This document shows, piece by piece, positions 43,659 through 53,338 of a DNA stretch of 64,000 nucleotides (within the stretch, counting starts at the first letter, position 1; each line of letters opens with the position of its first letter). Position numbers and translations under genes: made by a program. This DNA is from Myxococcales bacterium (GTDB taxonomy: Bacteria; Myxococcota_A; Polyangia; Polyangiales; DASUME01): positions 6,080,001-6,144,000 of the forward strand of contig JASGJH010000001.1 in NCBI GenBank assembly GCA_047601445.1. Reading direction: 5' to 3'. Under the pieces are notes generated by a model. That model was not told where the DNA came from and made no database searches. It saw only the letters and a list, made by a program, of their open reading frames with translations.

Positions 43659-44052
43659 ACTGAAAGTACTGGTGGTCGACGATGACGACGTAGTGAGGGT
43701 GCAGCTCGCCAGCTTGCTCACTGCCGCGCAACACATGGCGTTCCAGCTGCCGAGCGCCATCGGCGTCACGCGCGCCGTGATGCAACACCAGGTCGACGTG
43801 GTGGCCATCGACATCATGATGCCGTCCTTGCCGGGCGACAAGCTCGCCTCCTTGCTGCGACAGAATGCCAAACTGAAGCACCTCGGCGTGGTGCTGATTT
43901 CGAGCCGGCCGGTGGAAGAATTGCAGCAGTTGGCCGATGAAGTAAGCGCGGATGCGGTGGTGGCCAAGGACAGCCTGCGCACCGATTTCGTGCCCGCCAT
44001 CGAACGCGCTGCGCGCGCCCGTGCCGGCCTTGCCCGCGGCAAGACCGGCTGA
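43648..44052 (+). CDS. Single-domain response regulator
   Basis: VLVVDDD, IDIMMP, conserved Lys. Confidence 0.85.
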
Positions 44053-44149
44053 GCTCATCTCACGCTGCGCGCGCTCGCGCGAAAGATCTGGCTCCATCCC
44101 CGTCCCGGGTCCACGCTGTAGGGTGGCGCTCAACCTCCGCTTGTCTTCC

Positions 44150-45406
44150 ATGGCGCGGGCGCTGCGCCATCGGAACTATCGGTTGTTCTTCGCGGGTCAG
44201 AGCATCTCCCTGATCGGCACCTGGGTCACCAAGATCGCCACCAGCTGGCTGGTCTACAAGCTCACCGACTCACCTTGGCTGCTGGGACTCGTCACTTTCG
44301 CGAGCCAGGTTCCCTCGCTGTTGCTCTCGCCGCTGGCCGGCGTCTGGATCGACCGCGCGAACACGCACCGCGTGCTGCTGGTGACGCAGGTGTTGGCGAT
44401 GTTGCAGTCGGGTCTGCTCGCCTACTTCGCGCTGACCGAGACCATCGACGTACCCAGTGTGCTGGCGCTGAGTCTGTTCCAGGGGTTGATCAACGTGGTC
44501 GACATGCCGGCCCGTCAGAGCTTCCTGGTGGAGATGATCGAGGATCGTCAAGACCTCCCCAACGCCATCGCGCTCAACTCGTCCATGGTGAACATGGCTC
44601 GCCTGCTCGGGCCGTCCCTGGCGGGCCTCCTGATCACCGCGTTCGGTGAGGGCCTCTGCTTCACGCTCGACTCGCTGAGCTACGTGGCGGTCATCGCCTC
44701 GCTGCTCGCCATGCGTGTTTCACCGCGGGCGGTGGCGATCGAGGAGGCCGCCGTGTGGTCGCAGCTCAAGGAGGGCTTCCTCTACGTCGCGCGCTTCCCG
44801 CCGATCCGGGCCGTGCTCGTACTGTTGACCCTGACCAGCATCGCGGGTGCCCCCTACACGTTGCTCACGCCGGTGCTCGCGCGCGAGGTGCTGCATGGGC
44901 AGGCGGGCATGCTGGGCATGTTGATGGCGGCCTCTGGCCTGGGCGCGCTCGGTGCGGCTCTGTACCTCGCGTCGCGCGCCACGGTGCTTGGACTCGGCCG
45001 CGTGATCGCCGGCTCCACCGCGGTCTTCGGGGCGTCGCTGATCGCCCTCGGGCTGTCGCGCAGCTTCGTCTTCTCGCTGCTGCTGATGTTCGCGTCGGGG
45101 CTCTGCATGATGCTGCAGATGGCGGCCACCAATACGATCCTTCAGACGGTGGCCGACGAGGACAAGCGCGGGCGCGTGATGGGCTTCTACACCGTTGCGG
45201 TATTCGGCACGGTCCCCATCGGAAGCTTGCTCGCGGGCGCCCTCGCGGAGCGTGTAGGTACGGCGGAGACCTTGGTGCTCGGGGGCGGCCTGTGTCTTTT
45301 TGCCGCGCTGTGCTTCGCGCGTACGTTGCCGCGCTTGCGCGCGATCTTGCGCCCGGTGTACCAGCGCTTGGGGATCTTGCCGGCGCCGCGGCCGCTCGCC
45401 CGTTGA
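44150..45406 (+). CDS. MFS transporter
   Basis: RALRHRNYRLFFAGQ, DMPARQSF, NAIALNS, RGRVM; about 12 TM. Confidence 0.9.
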   Translation: MARALRHRNYRLFFAGQSISLIGTWVTKIATSWLVYKLTDSPWLLGLVTFASQVPSLLLSPLAGVWIDRANTHRVLLVTQVLAMLQSGLLAYFALTETIDVPSVLALSLFQGLINVVDMPARQSFLVEMIEDRQDLPNAIALNSSMVNMARLLGPSLAGLLITAFGEGLCFTLDSLSYVAVIASLLAMRVSPRAVAIEEAAVWSQLKEGFLYVARFPPIRAVLVLLTLTSIAGAPYTLLTPVLAREVLHGQAGMLGMLMAASGLGALGAALYLASRATVLGLGRVIAGSTAVFGASLIALGLSRSFVFSLLLMFASGLCMMLQMAATNTILQTVADEDKRGRVMGFYTVAVFGTVPIGSLLAGALAERVGTAETLVLGGGLCLFAALCFARTLPRLRAILRPVYQRLGILPAPRPLAR

Positions 45407-45450
45407 GGAGCCTTGTGAGGTGCGCCATCACGGACTACGAAAGAGGCCCT

Positions 45451-46512
45451 ATGGCCCATTCCTTCAAGCTACCAGGTGCACTGTCGTCCTTGTTCGTGGT
45501 TTGCCTCGTGGGTTGTGCATCGGCTCCACCGCCCGCACCCGAAGCTCCTGTGTCACCGCCGCCTCAGAGCGAAACGCAGGTCACGGTCGTGGCGGAGCCC
45601 GCACCGCCGCCGCCGAGCCCCGAGGAGCTTGCGCGCGCCGAGGCCGCTTCGAAACTGGCAGTCGAGCGCGAGCAGATGCGCGCCGATCACCAGGCTGCCG
45701 TCGCGCGCTTCACGCCCGAGATGCACGAGCAGGCCAAGAAGCTCGCCGAGACCTCCTTCCCCAACGCCAAGGCCGCGCTCAAGGCGAGCGTCGCCGGCAC
45801 ACACCGCTCCGAGGACCACAAGGCGCGCGACAAGGATCGCCACCCCGTGGAGACGCTCGAGTTCTTCGGCCTCAAGCCCACCGCTACCGTGCTCGAGTAC
45901 TCGCCGGGCGAGGGCTGGTATACCGAGATCCTCGCGCCTGCACTGGCCACGCGCGGTAAGCTGCTCGCGACCAACACCGATCCCAACGGGCCAGCCGATC
46001 AGCGCAGCTCCTTCTATGGAGAGCGCTTCAAGCTGTTCCTCGAGACCGCACCCGAGCTCTACGGCAAGGTGCAGGTGGTGCCCATCGACAGCAAGCAGCC
46101 CGCGCTCGGTCTCGACGGCAGCGTGGATATGGTGCTGGCCTTCCGCACCTTGCACGGCATGGTGAATCAGGGCCAGCTCCAGGCCTGGCTCGCGGAGTTC
46201 CACAAGGCGCTCAAGCCGGGCGGCGTGCTCGCCATCGAGGCGCACCGCGCCAAGCCCGACGCCGTGGCCGAAGAGAGCGCCAAGCAGGGCTATTTGCCCG
46301 AGAAGTGGGTGATCGAGCAGGTGGAGGCCCAGGGCTTCAAGCTCGCGGGCAAGAGCGAGATCAACGCGAACCCCAAGGACACCAAGGATTACCCGGACGG
46401 CGTGTGGGATCTGCCGCCCACGTTGCGCCTGGGTGACCAGGATCGGGCCAAGTACGAGGCCATCGGCGAGAGCGACCGCATGACGCTCAAGTTCGTCAAA
46501 GTGAAGAAGTGA
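45451..46512 (+). CDS. Exported class I SAM-methyltransferase-like lipoprotein
   Basis: LVGC; RD..RHP.ETL.FFG, PG.GWYTEIL, SEINANPKD, GESDRMTLKF. Confidence 0.85.
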   Translation: MAHSFKLPGALSSLFVVCLVGCASAPPPAPEAPVSPPPQSETQVTVVAEPAPPPPSPEELARAEAASKLAVEREQMRADHQAAVARFTPEMHEQAKKLAETSFPNAKAALKASVAGTHRSEDHKARDKDRHPVETLEFFGLKPTATVLEYSPGEGWYTEILAPALATRGKLLATNTDPNGPADQRSSFYGERFKLFLETAPELYGKVQVVPIDSKQPALGLDGSVDMVLAFRTLHGMVNQGQLQAWLAEFHKALKPGGVLAIEAHRAKPDAVAEESAKQGYLPEKWVIEQVEAQGFKLAGKSEINANPKDTKDYPDGVWDLPPTLRLGDQDRAKYEAIGESDRMTLKFVKVKK

Positions 46513-46565
46513 GCTGAGCGCTTCGGTCGAACGCGCGGTTCTGCGCGCAAGCTAAGGGAGCTCCC

Positions 46566-47960
46566 GTGGTCCACGACATGACGCAGGGTTCCATCCGCGG
46601 GCACGTGCTGCGGATGGTATCGTTCGTGTTCGCCGGCCTGGCGATCCAGACACTCTACTCGCTGGTGGACATCTTCTGGGTCGGGCGCCTGGGAGAGCGC
46701 GCGGTCGCGGCAGTGGCGCTCTCCACCAACTTGATGTTCCTCTCCCTGGCGCTCACGCAGACCCTCTCGGTGGGCTGCGTGGCGCTGGTGTCGCAGGCGG
46801 CGGGACGCAAGGACGCGCAGGCCGTGCAGCGTCTGTTCAATCAGGCCCAGTCGCTGTCGGTATGTGCGGGGCTCGCGTTCTTCGCGGGCAGCCTCGCGTT
46901 CATGGGGGTGTACACCGAGCGGCTGTCGGGTGATGCGCAAACGGCTCAGCTGGCCCGTGAGTTCTTGGTCTACTTCATTCCCTCCATGGCATTGCAGTTC
47001 ACCATGGTGGGGTTGGCCTCGGCCCTGCGCGGCATCGGCGACATGAAGCCCGGCCTGGTGGCCCAGACACTCTCGGTGCTGTTCAACATGATCCTGGCGC
47101 CGTTCTTGATCTTCGGTTGGTTCGGCACCAAGCCGCTCGGTGTGGCGGGCGCGGCGCTGTCCACCTTGGTCGCCACGCTGGCGGCGGTCATCGGACTCTC
47201 CGTGTACCTGGCGCGCGGTGGCTCCTCGTTGCGCGTGAGTTTCGCAGACTGGCGGCCTGACTTCTCGGTGTGGCGGCGCATGTTGAGCATCGGTTTGCCT
47301 GCGGGCACCGAGTTCGTGTTCATCTCCCTGAACATGGGCGTCATCTACGCCGCCATGAAGAAGTTCGGACCCGAGGCCCAGGCTGGCTTCGGCATCGGCT
47401 CGCGCGTCATGCAGGCCGGCTTCATGCCCGCTGTGGCGATCAGCTTCTCGGTGGCCGCGGTGGTCGGGCAGAATTTCGGCGCGGGCGCCTATCCGCGCGT
47501 ACGCGAGGCCTACCGCGAGAGCGCCAAGCTGACCGTCGTCCTCATGCTGTTGTTCACGCTGGTGTGTCAGGTGGTGCCGGCACCGATGGTGCGCGCTTTC
47601 ACGGCCGACGCCGGATCCATCGAGGTGGGCGCGGACTACCTGCGCAGCATCTCACTGATGTACGTGGCCTCGGGCCTGGTCTTCGTCATCGCCGGCATCT
47701 TCCAGGGCATCGGCAACACCTGGCCGTCCCTCGCCTGCTCGGCCGTGCGCTGTCTCTTGTTCGTGGGACCGGTGGCGGCCCTGATGGTCCACGGGGACTT
47801 CGAGATCCACACCATCTGGATCTTGAGCGTCGCCAGCGTGTTCGTGCAGCTGGGGTTGTGTCTCTATCTCTTGCGGCGCGAGCTCGCCATCAAAGTGCCG
47901 CTCACCGCGCCCGCAACCGCGGCCAGCGATCAGTCTGCGTACTTGACCGAGCAGCCGTAG
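46566..47960 (+). CDS. MATE family efflux transporter
   Basis: DMTQGS, YSLVD..VGRLG, LRGIGD, VGQNFGAG. Confidence 0.9.
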   Translation: MVHDMTQGSIRGHVLRMVSFVFAGLAIQTLYSLVDIFWVGRLGERAVAAVALSTNLMFLSLALTQTLSVGCVALVSQAAGRKDAQAVQRLFNQAQSLSVCAGLAFFAGSLAFMGVYTERLSGDAQTAQLAREFLVYFIPSMALQFTMVGLASALRGIGDMKPGLVAQTLSVLFNMILAPFLIFGWFGTKPLGVAGAALSTLVATLAAVIGLSVYLARGGSSLRVSFADWRPDFSVWRRMLSIGLPAGTEFVFISLNMGVIYAAMKKFGPEAQAGFGIGSRVMQAGFMPAVAISFSVAAVVGQNFGAGAYPRVREAYRESAKLTVVLMLLFTLVCQVVPAPMVRAFTADAGSIEVGADYLRSISLMYVASGLVFVIAGIFQGIGNTWPSLACSAVRCLLFVGPVAALMVHGDFEIHTIWILSVASVFVQLGLCLYLLRRELAIKVPLTAPATAASDQSAYLTEQP

Positions 47961-48736
47961 GGCGGCGTATCGGCCAGCGCGATGGTGCGCGCGGCCTTGA
48001 GGTCGGCTAGCGCGTTGGTGACGTAGGGGACCAGCTCACCAGGCTTGGCGTCGGCTGGTCGCGGACGCGCGTCGTCGGGTACGCCCATCGGGGCGTTGTC
48101 GAGTCCGCCGCGATACACGAGGTTTCCTGCGGGATCGATGATGAACATGTGGGGTGTCTTGGCGGCACCGTAGGCGCGGCCCACGCTGCCGCTCTCGTCG
48201 AGCAGGATGCTGTTGGTCATGTGGTACTCGACCTTGGCGTCCACGTTGCGCTGTTTGCCGTTGCCTTGCTTGCCCGGTGCGCTCGAGTTGACGGAGAGCC
48301 AAACCAACTCGGGGGTCTCGTACTTGCTGGCCATGTCCGTGAGCGGGCCCTTGCCGTGGGCGTGCTTGATGAAGGGACAGTCCGGGTTGAACCACTCGAG
48401 CACCACGGTCTTGCCACGCAGCTCGCGGAGCTTGAAGACCTTATCCGCGGTGTCGACCAGCGTGAAGTCGGGCGCCGGCTTGCCGAGCTCGGCGGCCTGG
48501 GTTGTGGGCGCGGCTGCAGGTGGAGGCGCTGCGCTCGGGCTTGGCGTGGCAGGTTCGGTGACGGCCTGCGATGCCGCGCCGGGCTTGGCGCCGTCCTCGC
48601 TCGCACCGCGATTGCAGGCAGCGAGACAGGCTGCAGACATGAGCGCCGCGAGCAGACCGGCGAGCGAGACCTGGGCGCAGGCAGAAGCGCGTCGAAGCGG
48701 ACGGGTCCGCCCGCGAGCAACATAGAGACGCTGCAT
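47930..48736 (-). CDS. Redoxin/peroxiredoxin-like lipoprotein
   Basis: GKPAPDFTL, VLEWFNPDCPF, YGA.KTPH, Y.GGLD, YGCSVKY; start uncertain. Confidence 0.85.
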   Translation of the reverse strand: MQRLYVARGRTRPLRRASACAQVSLAGLLAALMSAACLAACNRGASEDGAKPGAASQAVTEPATPSPSAAPPPAAAPTTQAAELGKPAPDFTLVDTADKVFKLRELRGKTVVLEWFNPDCPFIKHAHGKGPLTDMASKYETPELVWLSVNSSAPGKQGNGKQRNVDAKVEYHMTNSILLDESGSVGRAYGAAKTPHMFIIDPAGNLVYRGGLDNAPMGVPDDARPRPADAKPGELVPYVTNALADLKAARTIALADTPPYGCSVKYAD

Positions 48737-48766
48737 GAGAAAGCCCTCCTCGAAAACGAGAGGGCT

Positions 48767-50254
48767 CTACTGTAGCAACTCGAGGTAGGCGTCGGGGCAA
48801 TCGAGGGGCGGGTCCACCACTTGGGTTACCGACTCGGGACCGTCCTCGGTGGTCCACTCGATATTCGTGCCGTGCAGTGCGAAGGTGGGCACGCGCGCGA
48901 GCACTTCGGGTGCGAGATCCCCGGAGGCCACCAGATCGTTCAAGATGTCCATGCCCACCGGGCGCATCAGCAGACGTGCGCTGACGCGCGCCGGCAGCGC
49001 CTTGATGTCGCGAGGCAGTACGATCTCGACCTCCTTCACGTGACGTCCCGGCACCATCACGGCCAAAGGCAGGACGTTGCTCGTGAAGCCCGTGGGATAG
49101 GTCGCGGACATCTCGGCGTCCCAGAACATGTGCACTTCTTGGCCCATCGCATCGAAGATGCGATCGCGGAACATGCTCAAGTAGGGGTCATGGCCGGGGT
49201 CGCCTTCGGGTAGCTCCTCGACGGCGCCATCCGCGATCACGCCGGTCTGGAACAACACGTTGTCCTGCGCGTCGTAGGCGATGAACTCGAGCCAGAGTCG
49301 GCGATCTTGCGCGGCGCCCGAGGGCTGCGCGTGCCCCATCTGGGCTTCCAACGTGAGCTTGAACGCTGTGAACACCGGGTTGGTGGCCTGGAGCTCCAGG
49401 CTCACGGTGCCGTTCATCAGCGCGCACTCCACGGCCTTGCGCTGGGCGGCCTGATCCGGGAAGTCGTCGCTCAAGGCCACGTCGACACCGGGCCACAAGT
49501 GCTCGTGCATCTTGCGCTTGGGCAGCTCGCGACCCGGCATCACGGCCACGGGCGCACCGCTGCGTGACACGTCCATGTGACAGCCGGTGCAGGTCTCGAA
49601 AGGAGGCGTGCCTACCTTGCTGAAGCCGCTCTCGTTGTACTCGGCGAAAGTGCGTTCCAGGTGCACGCCCTTGGGCGTGACCACGTCGTGACAGCTGCCG
49701 CAGAACACCGAGCTCTGCACGCTGTCGCGGTCGTGGAGCGTGGAGTACTGCACGGCGTGCACGCCCGGATCCACCGCGTCGTGCAGGGAGCCACGCATGG
49801 TCTGGTCGTTCGCCAGCGTGACCTTGCCGTTGTGATCGGCCTCGAGCCCCACGGCGTTGTGGCAGAAGTAGCAGGTCACGCCCTGGAACTCTGGCGGCAC
49901 GTCGGCCAAATTGAGGCCGTCGCTGGTGAGACCTTCGCGCACGGCCAGCGGCGCGTGGCAGCCCACGCAGAAGTCGCCCATCTGCCCGTAGGTCTCGCGC
50001 TGACCGCGCTGGTTCATGGCCAAGAACACGGGGTCCTTGGAGGCGTAGGCGTGCATGCTGCTCGACCACTCACGGTAGTGCCGCGGGTGACAGCCCGAGC
50101 AGGTCACCGGGTTCATCAGCTCCTCGCGCGACATGCGCGTGGGCGGCACCACGCTGGCGTCACCCTGCGACGGGTCGTCGCCTCCGCCGCCACAGGCCGC
50201 GAGCATGCTCCATCCGAGCGCGAACCCAAGGACACCAAACCGTGTGCTTTGCAT
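48767..50254 (-). CDS. Pentaheme c-type cytochrome lipoprotein
   Basis: LAAC; CSGCH, CVGCH, CYFCH, CGSCH, CTGCH; W..SMHAY. Confidence 0.88.
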   Translation of the reverse strand: MQSTRFGVLGFALGWSMLAACGGGGDDPSQGDASVVPPTRMSREELMNPVTCSGCHPRHYREWSSSMHAYASKDPVFLAMNQRGQRETYGQMGDFCVGCHAPLAVREGLTSDGLNLADVPPEFQGVTCYFCHNAVGLEADHNGKVTLANDQTMRGSLHDAVDPGVHAVQYSTLHDRDSVQSSVFCGSCHDVVTPKGVHLERTFAEYNESGFSKVGTPPFETCTGCHMDVSRSGAPVAVMPGRELPKRKMHEHLWPGVDVALSDDFPDQAAQRKAVECALMNGTVSLELQATNPVFTAFKLTLEAQMGHAQPSGAAQDRRLWLEFIAYDAQDNVLFQTGVIADGAVEELPEGDPGHDPYLSMFRDRIFDAMGQEVHMFWDAEMSATYPTGFTSNVLPLAVMVPGRHVKEVEIVLPRDIKALPARVSARLLMRPVGMDILNDLVASGDLAPEVLARVPTFALHGTNIEWTTEDGPESVTQVVDPPLDCPDAYLELLQ

Positions 50255-50267
50255 CGTGTCCGCAGTC

Positions 50268-50813
50268 CTACTCTTCCTCGACGCATACGTCGAAGATGAG
50301 GTAGTCGTCACCCCCGGCCTTCGGCGAGGTGAGCTCGAAGCGCACCTGCCAGGGCCCACGCATGGTGAAGTTGAAGCCGTCGAACTCGTAGCGCCCGGGC
50401 TGCTCTAGCGGCTTGGCCTTGGGCTTGAAATTTCCCTGGTGCCCGTGGACCGGCATGTACGTGTACACGTCGATGAACTCGAGGTCCGTGAGCGGCACGC
50501 CGCCGTCCGCGGTGGTGAAGTCGACCACCCAGTCCGCCCGACCCTTGAGCAGCGGGAGCGGATCGGAGCTCACCACCTTGCCCTTCACCCTCATGGTCTG
50601 GTTGCCCAACTGCTCCGTGCCCACCATCAATGGCGGCAGTTTCGGATCGCAGGGCGTATCCGGGTAGCTGGCGTCGCTGCCGGCGTCCTCGTGAACATGG
50701 GCGTCGTGATCGTGGCCATCTACCGGCACGTGATCGTCGCCGCACGCCGACAGCGTGAGCAGCGAGGCGACCGCCAGGACCGTCGAAAGAGAGTGTTTGC
50801 GGAGGGCGATCAT
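50268..50813 (-). CDS. YtkA/FixH-like His-rich lipoprotein
   Basis: LSAC; HDHDAHVH; MPVHGH; F.M.GPW. Confidence 0.75.
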   Translation of the reverse strand: MIALRKHSLSTVLAVASLLTLSACGDDHVPVDGHDHDAHVHEDAGSDASYPDTPCDPKLPPLMVGTEQLGNQTMRVKGKVVSSDPLPLLKGRADWVVDFTTADGGVPLTDLEFIDVYTYMPVHGHQGNFKPKAKPLEQPGRYEFDGFNFTMRGPWQVRFELTSPKAGGDDYLIFDVCVEEE

Positions 50814-52384
50814 CGCCTTGCTTCCTTTCGCGCGCGCCGCCTGTGCAGGCCGACGCCAGCGAGCAGGGTGAACAGCGCGCTCAAAGACATGGCGCGGTCT
50901 CGCTGGTAGGGGTGCACGCTGCAATCTTCCTTGGGCTTCTTCACGGCGCCCCCACTTGTGTCGGGCAGCTTGCCGCCATCTAGCAAGGAATCGCCACCGC
51001 CATCCGTACCCGCGTCGGTCGCCACGCCCGCATCGTTGGGCATCCCGGCGTCGGCCCAGTGCAGCGCTTCAGGGCCGCAGTACTGCTCGTGGTAGGCGCC
51101 GCACATGGGCGCGCTCGCGAAGTGCACGGGGCCACACCAGCCGGCCTGACACAGCTGATCGTGGCAATCCGCCACGACATCCTGGCCCGAGCACGACTTG
51201 ATGCTCTGCACGCTGGTCATGCTCGCGAGCTCGGTGAACGTCTTGGTGCTCGGGTCGAAGCGGCCGAAATCGCTGTAGTGGCACAAGAAGAGATCGCTAC
51301 TTCCAGTAGGCTTGCCGAGGCAGCTGATCTCGCGATCGGTGATCACGTGCTCGGGTTGGCTGGCGAGCCCGGGCGCGGCTTTGAGCAGGCCTTTGGGCAT
51401 GGTGTCGTCGCTCGGGGAGCCGGCGTCGGCGATCCAGAGTGTGCCGTCCGCCTCGAAGACCACATCGTCGAAGTCGGTTCCGTCGAACCACGGGGCGAAG
51501 CTCTGGCCGCCGTCGCTGCTGACCACCATGCTGTCCTTGTTGCTCTCGTAGTCCCCGCCGTCCTTGAAGCGCTGGAACCTGCCCACCACGCGGTTCTCAT
51601 TGGTGGGGTCCACCCCGAGCAAGTTGAACGAGGCTTGCTCCGGCAGGTTGGTAATCTCGTGCTCGGCCCAATGTGCGCCGCCGTCGTCGGAGCTCAGAAG
51701 CAGCACCTTGGAGCCGCCCGTAGGCGCGAACCGCAACGACACCGTGTAGAAACGCGTGCCGCCGCCCATCCGGGCCACAGCGAGCAGGCCCGTGTTGCTC
51801 CAGCTCTCGCCGTCGGGGGGCACTAGGCGACCGGAGAGCTGGGTGTAGGTCCCGCTCTCGTCGCGCTTCCACAGTCCCTCACCCGCGTTGTCCGTGGCGC
51901 CGTTGGTAAGGACGTAGCTCACGCGGGGCTCGGTGGCGGTCGAAGCCAGGCCGGAGACCCACAGACCCGCGACCTGATCGATCCGATGGAAGCCGCAGCC
52001 CGTGCCGTCGTCTTCGAAGACGCCGCTCGTGGTTCCTAGCAGCGTGCGGCCCCCCCCGGTCACCCGCGCCATGCGCGTGCGCGACAGGCTCGAGCGGGTG
52101 CGTGAGGCGACGTCGGTCGCGCCGTCTCCGAGGGCCCGCAGGGCCGCTTCGGCCACCGCTGAGGTGCACACGAGGCTGAAGTTCGCGCCCGCGTCGTCGC
52201 TATAGATGAGGCCGGTCTTGGAGCCGGTGTTGTCGTAGCGAAGGATCAGGCGCTGGGGATTCTCGGGATCGACGTAGACCCCCACCATCACTTCGACGGG
52301 CCCGCTCGCGTGGACGGACGAAGCCAGGAGAGCGGACGAGAGGGGAAGGAGCAAGGCCAGTGCTGGGCCGGACTTCATGGACAC
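50810..52384 (-). CDS. Secreted beta-propeller protein with MYXO-CTERM-like tail
   Basis: Signal peptide; S.DGG boxes; C-terminal CSV, hydrophobic stretch, RRR. Confidence 0.75.
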   Translation of the reverse strand: MSMKSGPALALLLPLSSALLASSVHASGPVEVMVGVYVDPENPQRLILRYDNTGSKTGLIYSDDAGANFSLVCTSAVAEAALRALGDGATDVASRTRSSLSRTRMARVTGGGRTLLGTTSGVFEDDGTGCGFHRIDQVAGLWVSGLASTATEPRVSYVLTNGATDNAGEGLWKRDESGTYTQLSGRLVPPDGESWSNTGLLAVARMGGGTRFYTVSLRFAPTGGSKVLLLSSDDGGAHWAEHEITNLPEQASFNLLGVDPTNENRVVGRFQRFKDGGDYESNKDSMVVSSDGGQSFAPWFDGTDFDDVVFEADGTLWIADAGSPSDDTMPKGLLKAAPGLASQPEHVITDREISCLGKPTGSSDLFLCHYSDFGRFDPSTKTFTELASMTSVQSIKSCSGQDVVADCHDQLCQAGWCGPVHFASAPMCGAYHEQYCGPEALHWADAGMPNDAGVATDAGTDGGGDSLLDGGKLPDTSGGAVKKPKEDCSVHPYQRDRAMSLSALFTLLAGVGLHRRRARKEARR

Positions 52385-52629
52385 CCTGCCTAAGTAGAAG
52401 CCAATGAGCCTCCATCCCTAACAAGATCCGGAGCGTCGGTGAAAGCCCTTTTCATTGACCGGATTCGCCTTTCCTTTCGAGCACAACGCCGGTTTGAGAC
52501 CGGAGCTGGAAAAGGACGCGAACGGCGGATCGGGCAGGCGCCGCCTTCGCAGGGCGGGGAGGTGCCGCGCGCACACACCAGGGGGCGCCGCGCCCGCACA
52601 GCCGGGGACGCCGAGGGGCACCGCTTAAA

Positions 52630-52724
52630 TAAAAAAGGCAGCTCGCACGAAGGGGGACGGCCGAGCTGCCTGGCAACCGCTGCGGAAGGGGGGGTTCCCG
52701 CATTCTGCGGCCGCGCGTATGTAC
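52630..52724 (-). ncRNA. Candidate sRNA (~95 nt) with two C-rich loops
   Basis: Lies between a sigma54 motif and a U-tract terminator; hairpin TGCGGGA-ACCCCCCC-TTCCGCA; terminator loop contains CCCCC. Confidence 0.6.
52631..52670 (-). terminator. Intrinsic terminator
   Basis: Minus strand GGCAGCTCG-loop-CGAGCTGCC followed by TTTTTT. Confidence 0.8.
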
Positions 52725-52734
52725 ACGACATCAT

Positions 52735-52750
52735 TGCGAAGCTCGTGCCA
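52735..52750 (-). promoter_or_regulatory. Sigma-54 -24/-12 promoter
   Basis: Minus strand TGGCACGAGCTTCGCA vs consensus TGGCACG-N4-TTGCW; correct GG-N10-GC spacing. Confidence 0.65.
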
Positions 52751-53338
52751 ACTCCGGCGCCGCGAAAGGATGAGGGATTTTGTGTGATCCCGGCCGCACG
52801 GCCTCCCACATCGTTCGTCGCTGCAATGATAGGCGTTTCAGTCCTGCGAATTGAGTGTTGGCTGGATCGCAGCCGACTGCAGAGGCTGAAGCGCGCGCGC
52901 CCGGGCGCGCCGCACGGAAGTACTCGCCGCTCCGACCCAACGAGCGGACCCGAGCAGGCCCGGGCCCATGGGTGGCCTTGATCACTCGGGGAAGGATCAA
53001 AATCCAGGGGTGCTGTGTTACCGTCGTCCCGCGCTGGCCCGGGCATCGGTCCGTGAGGTGGCGCCAGCGGGGCGGTTGGCTGTCCCGACTCGAACCCAAG
53101 GTGGCGCAGCCGTTGTCTCTGGATCGCTCTCGTGGACCGCTTCATTCCCTTGAGAATCCACCCGTGGAAGGTCCACTCTCGCCTTTGTCACCCCTGCTGC
53201 GCTCGCCTGCTGCGGCGAGAGTCTCACGGCGCCGGCCGCGCGCGCCCGCTCACGCGCCCCTCCCGGGGCCACGTCTTGGTGTCTTGAACGCGCTGCCCCG
53301 AGGGCACGCCGTGAATCGCTCGTTGAGGTAGGTACAGG

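Noticed and set aside
52390..53145. ORFs in the 52.4-53.3 kb interval
   Set aside because: Arg/Pro/Ala-rich with no motifs; they cross a terminator and a promoter motif
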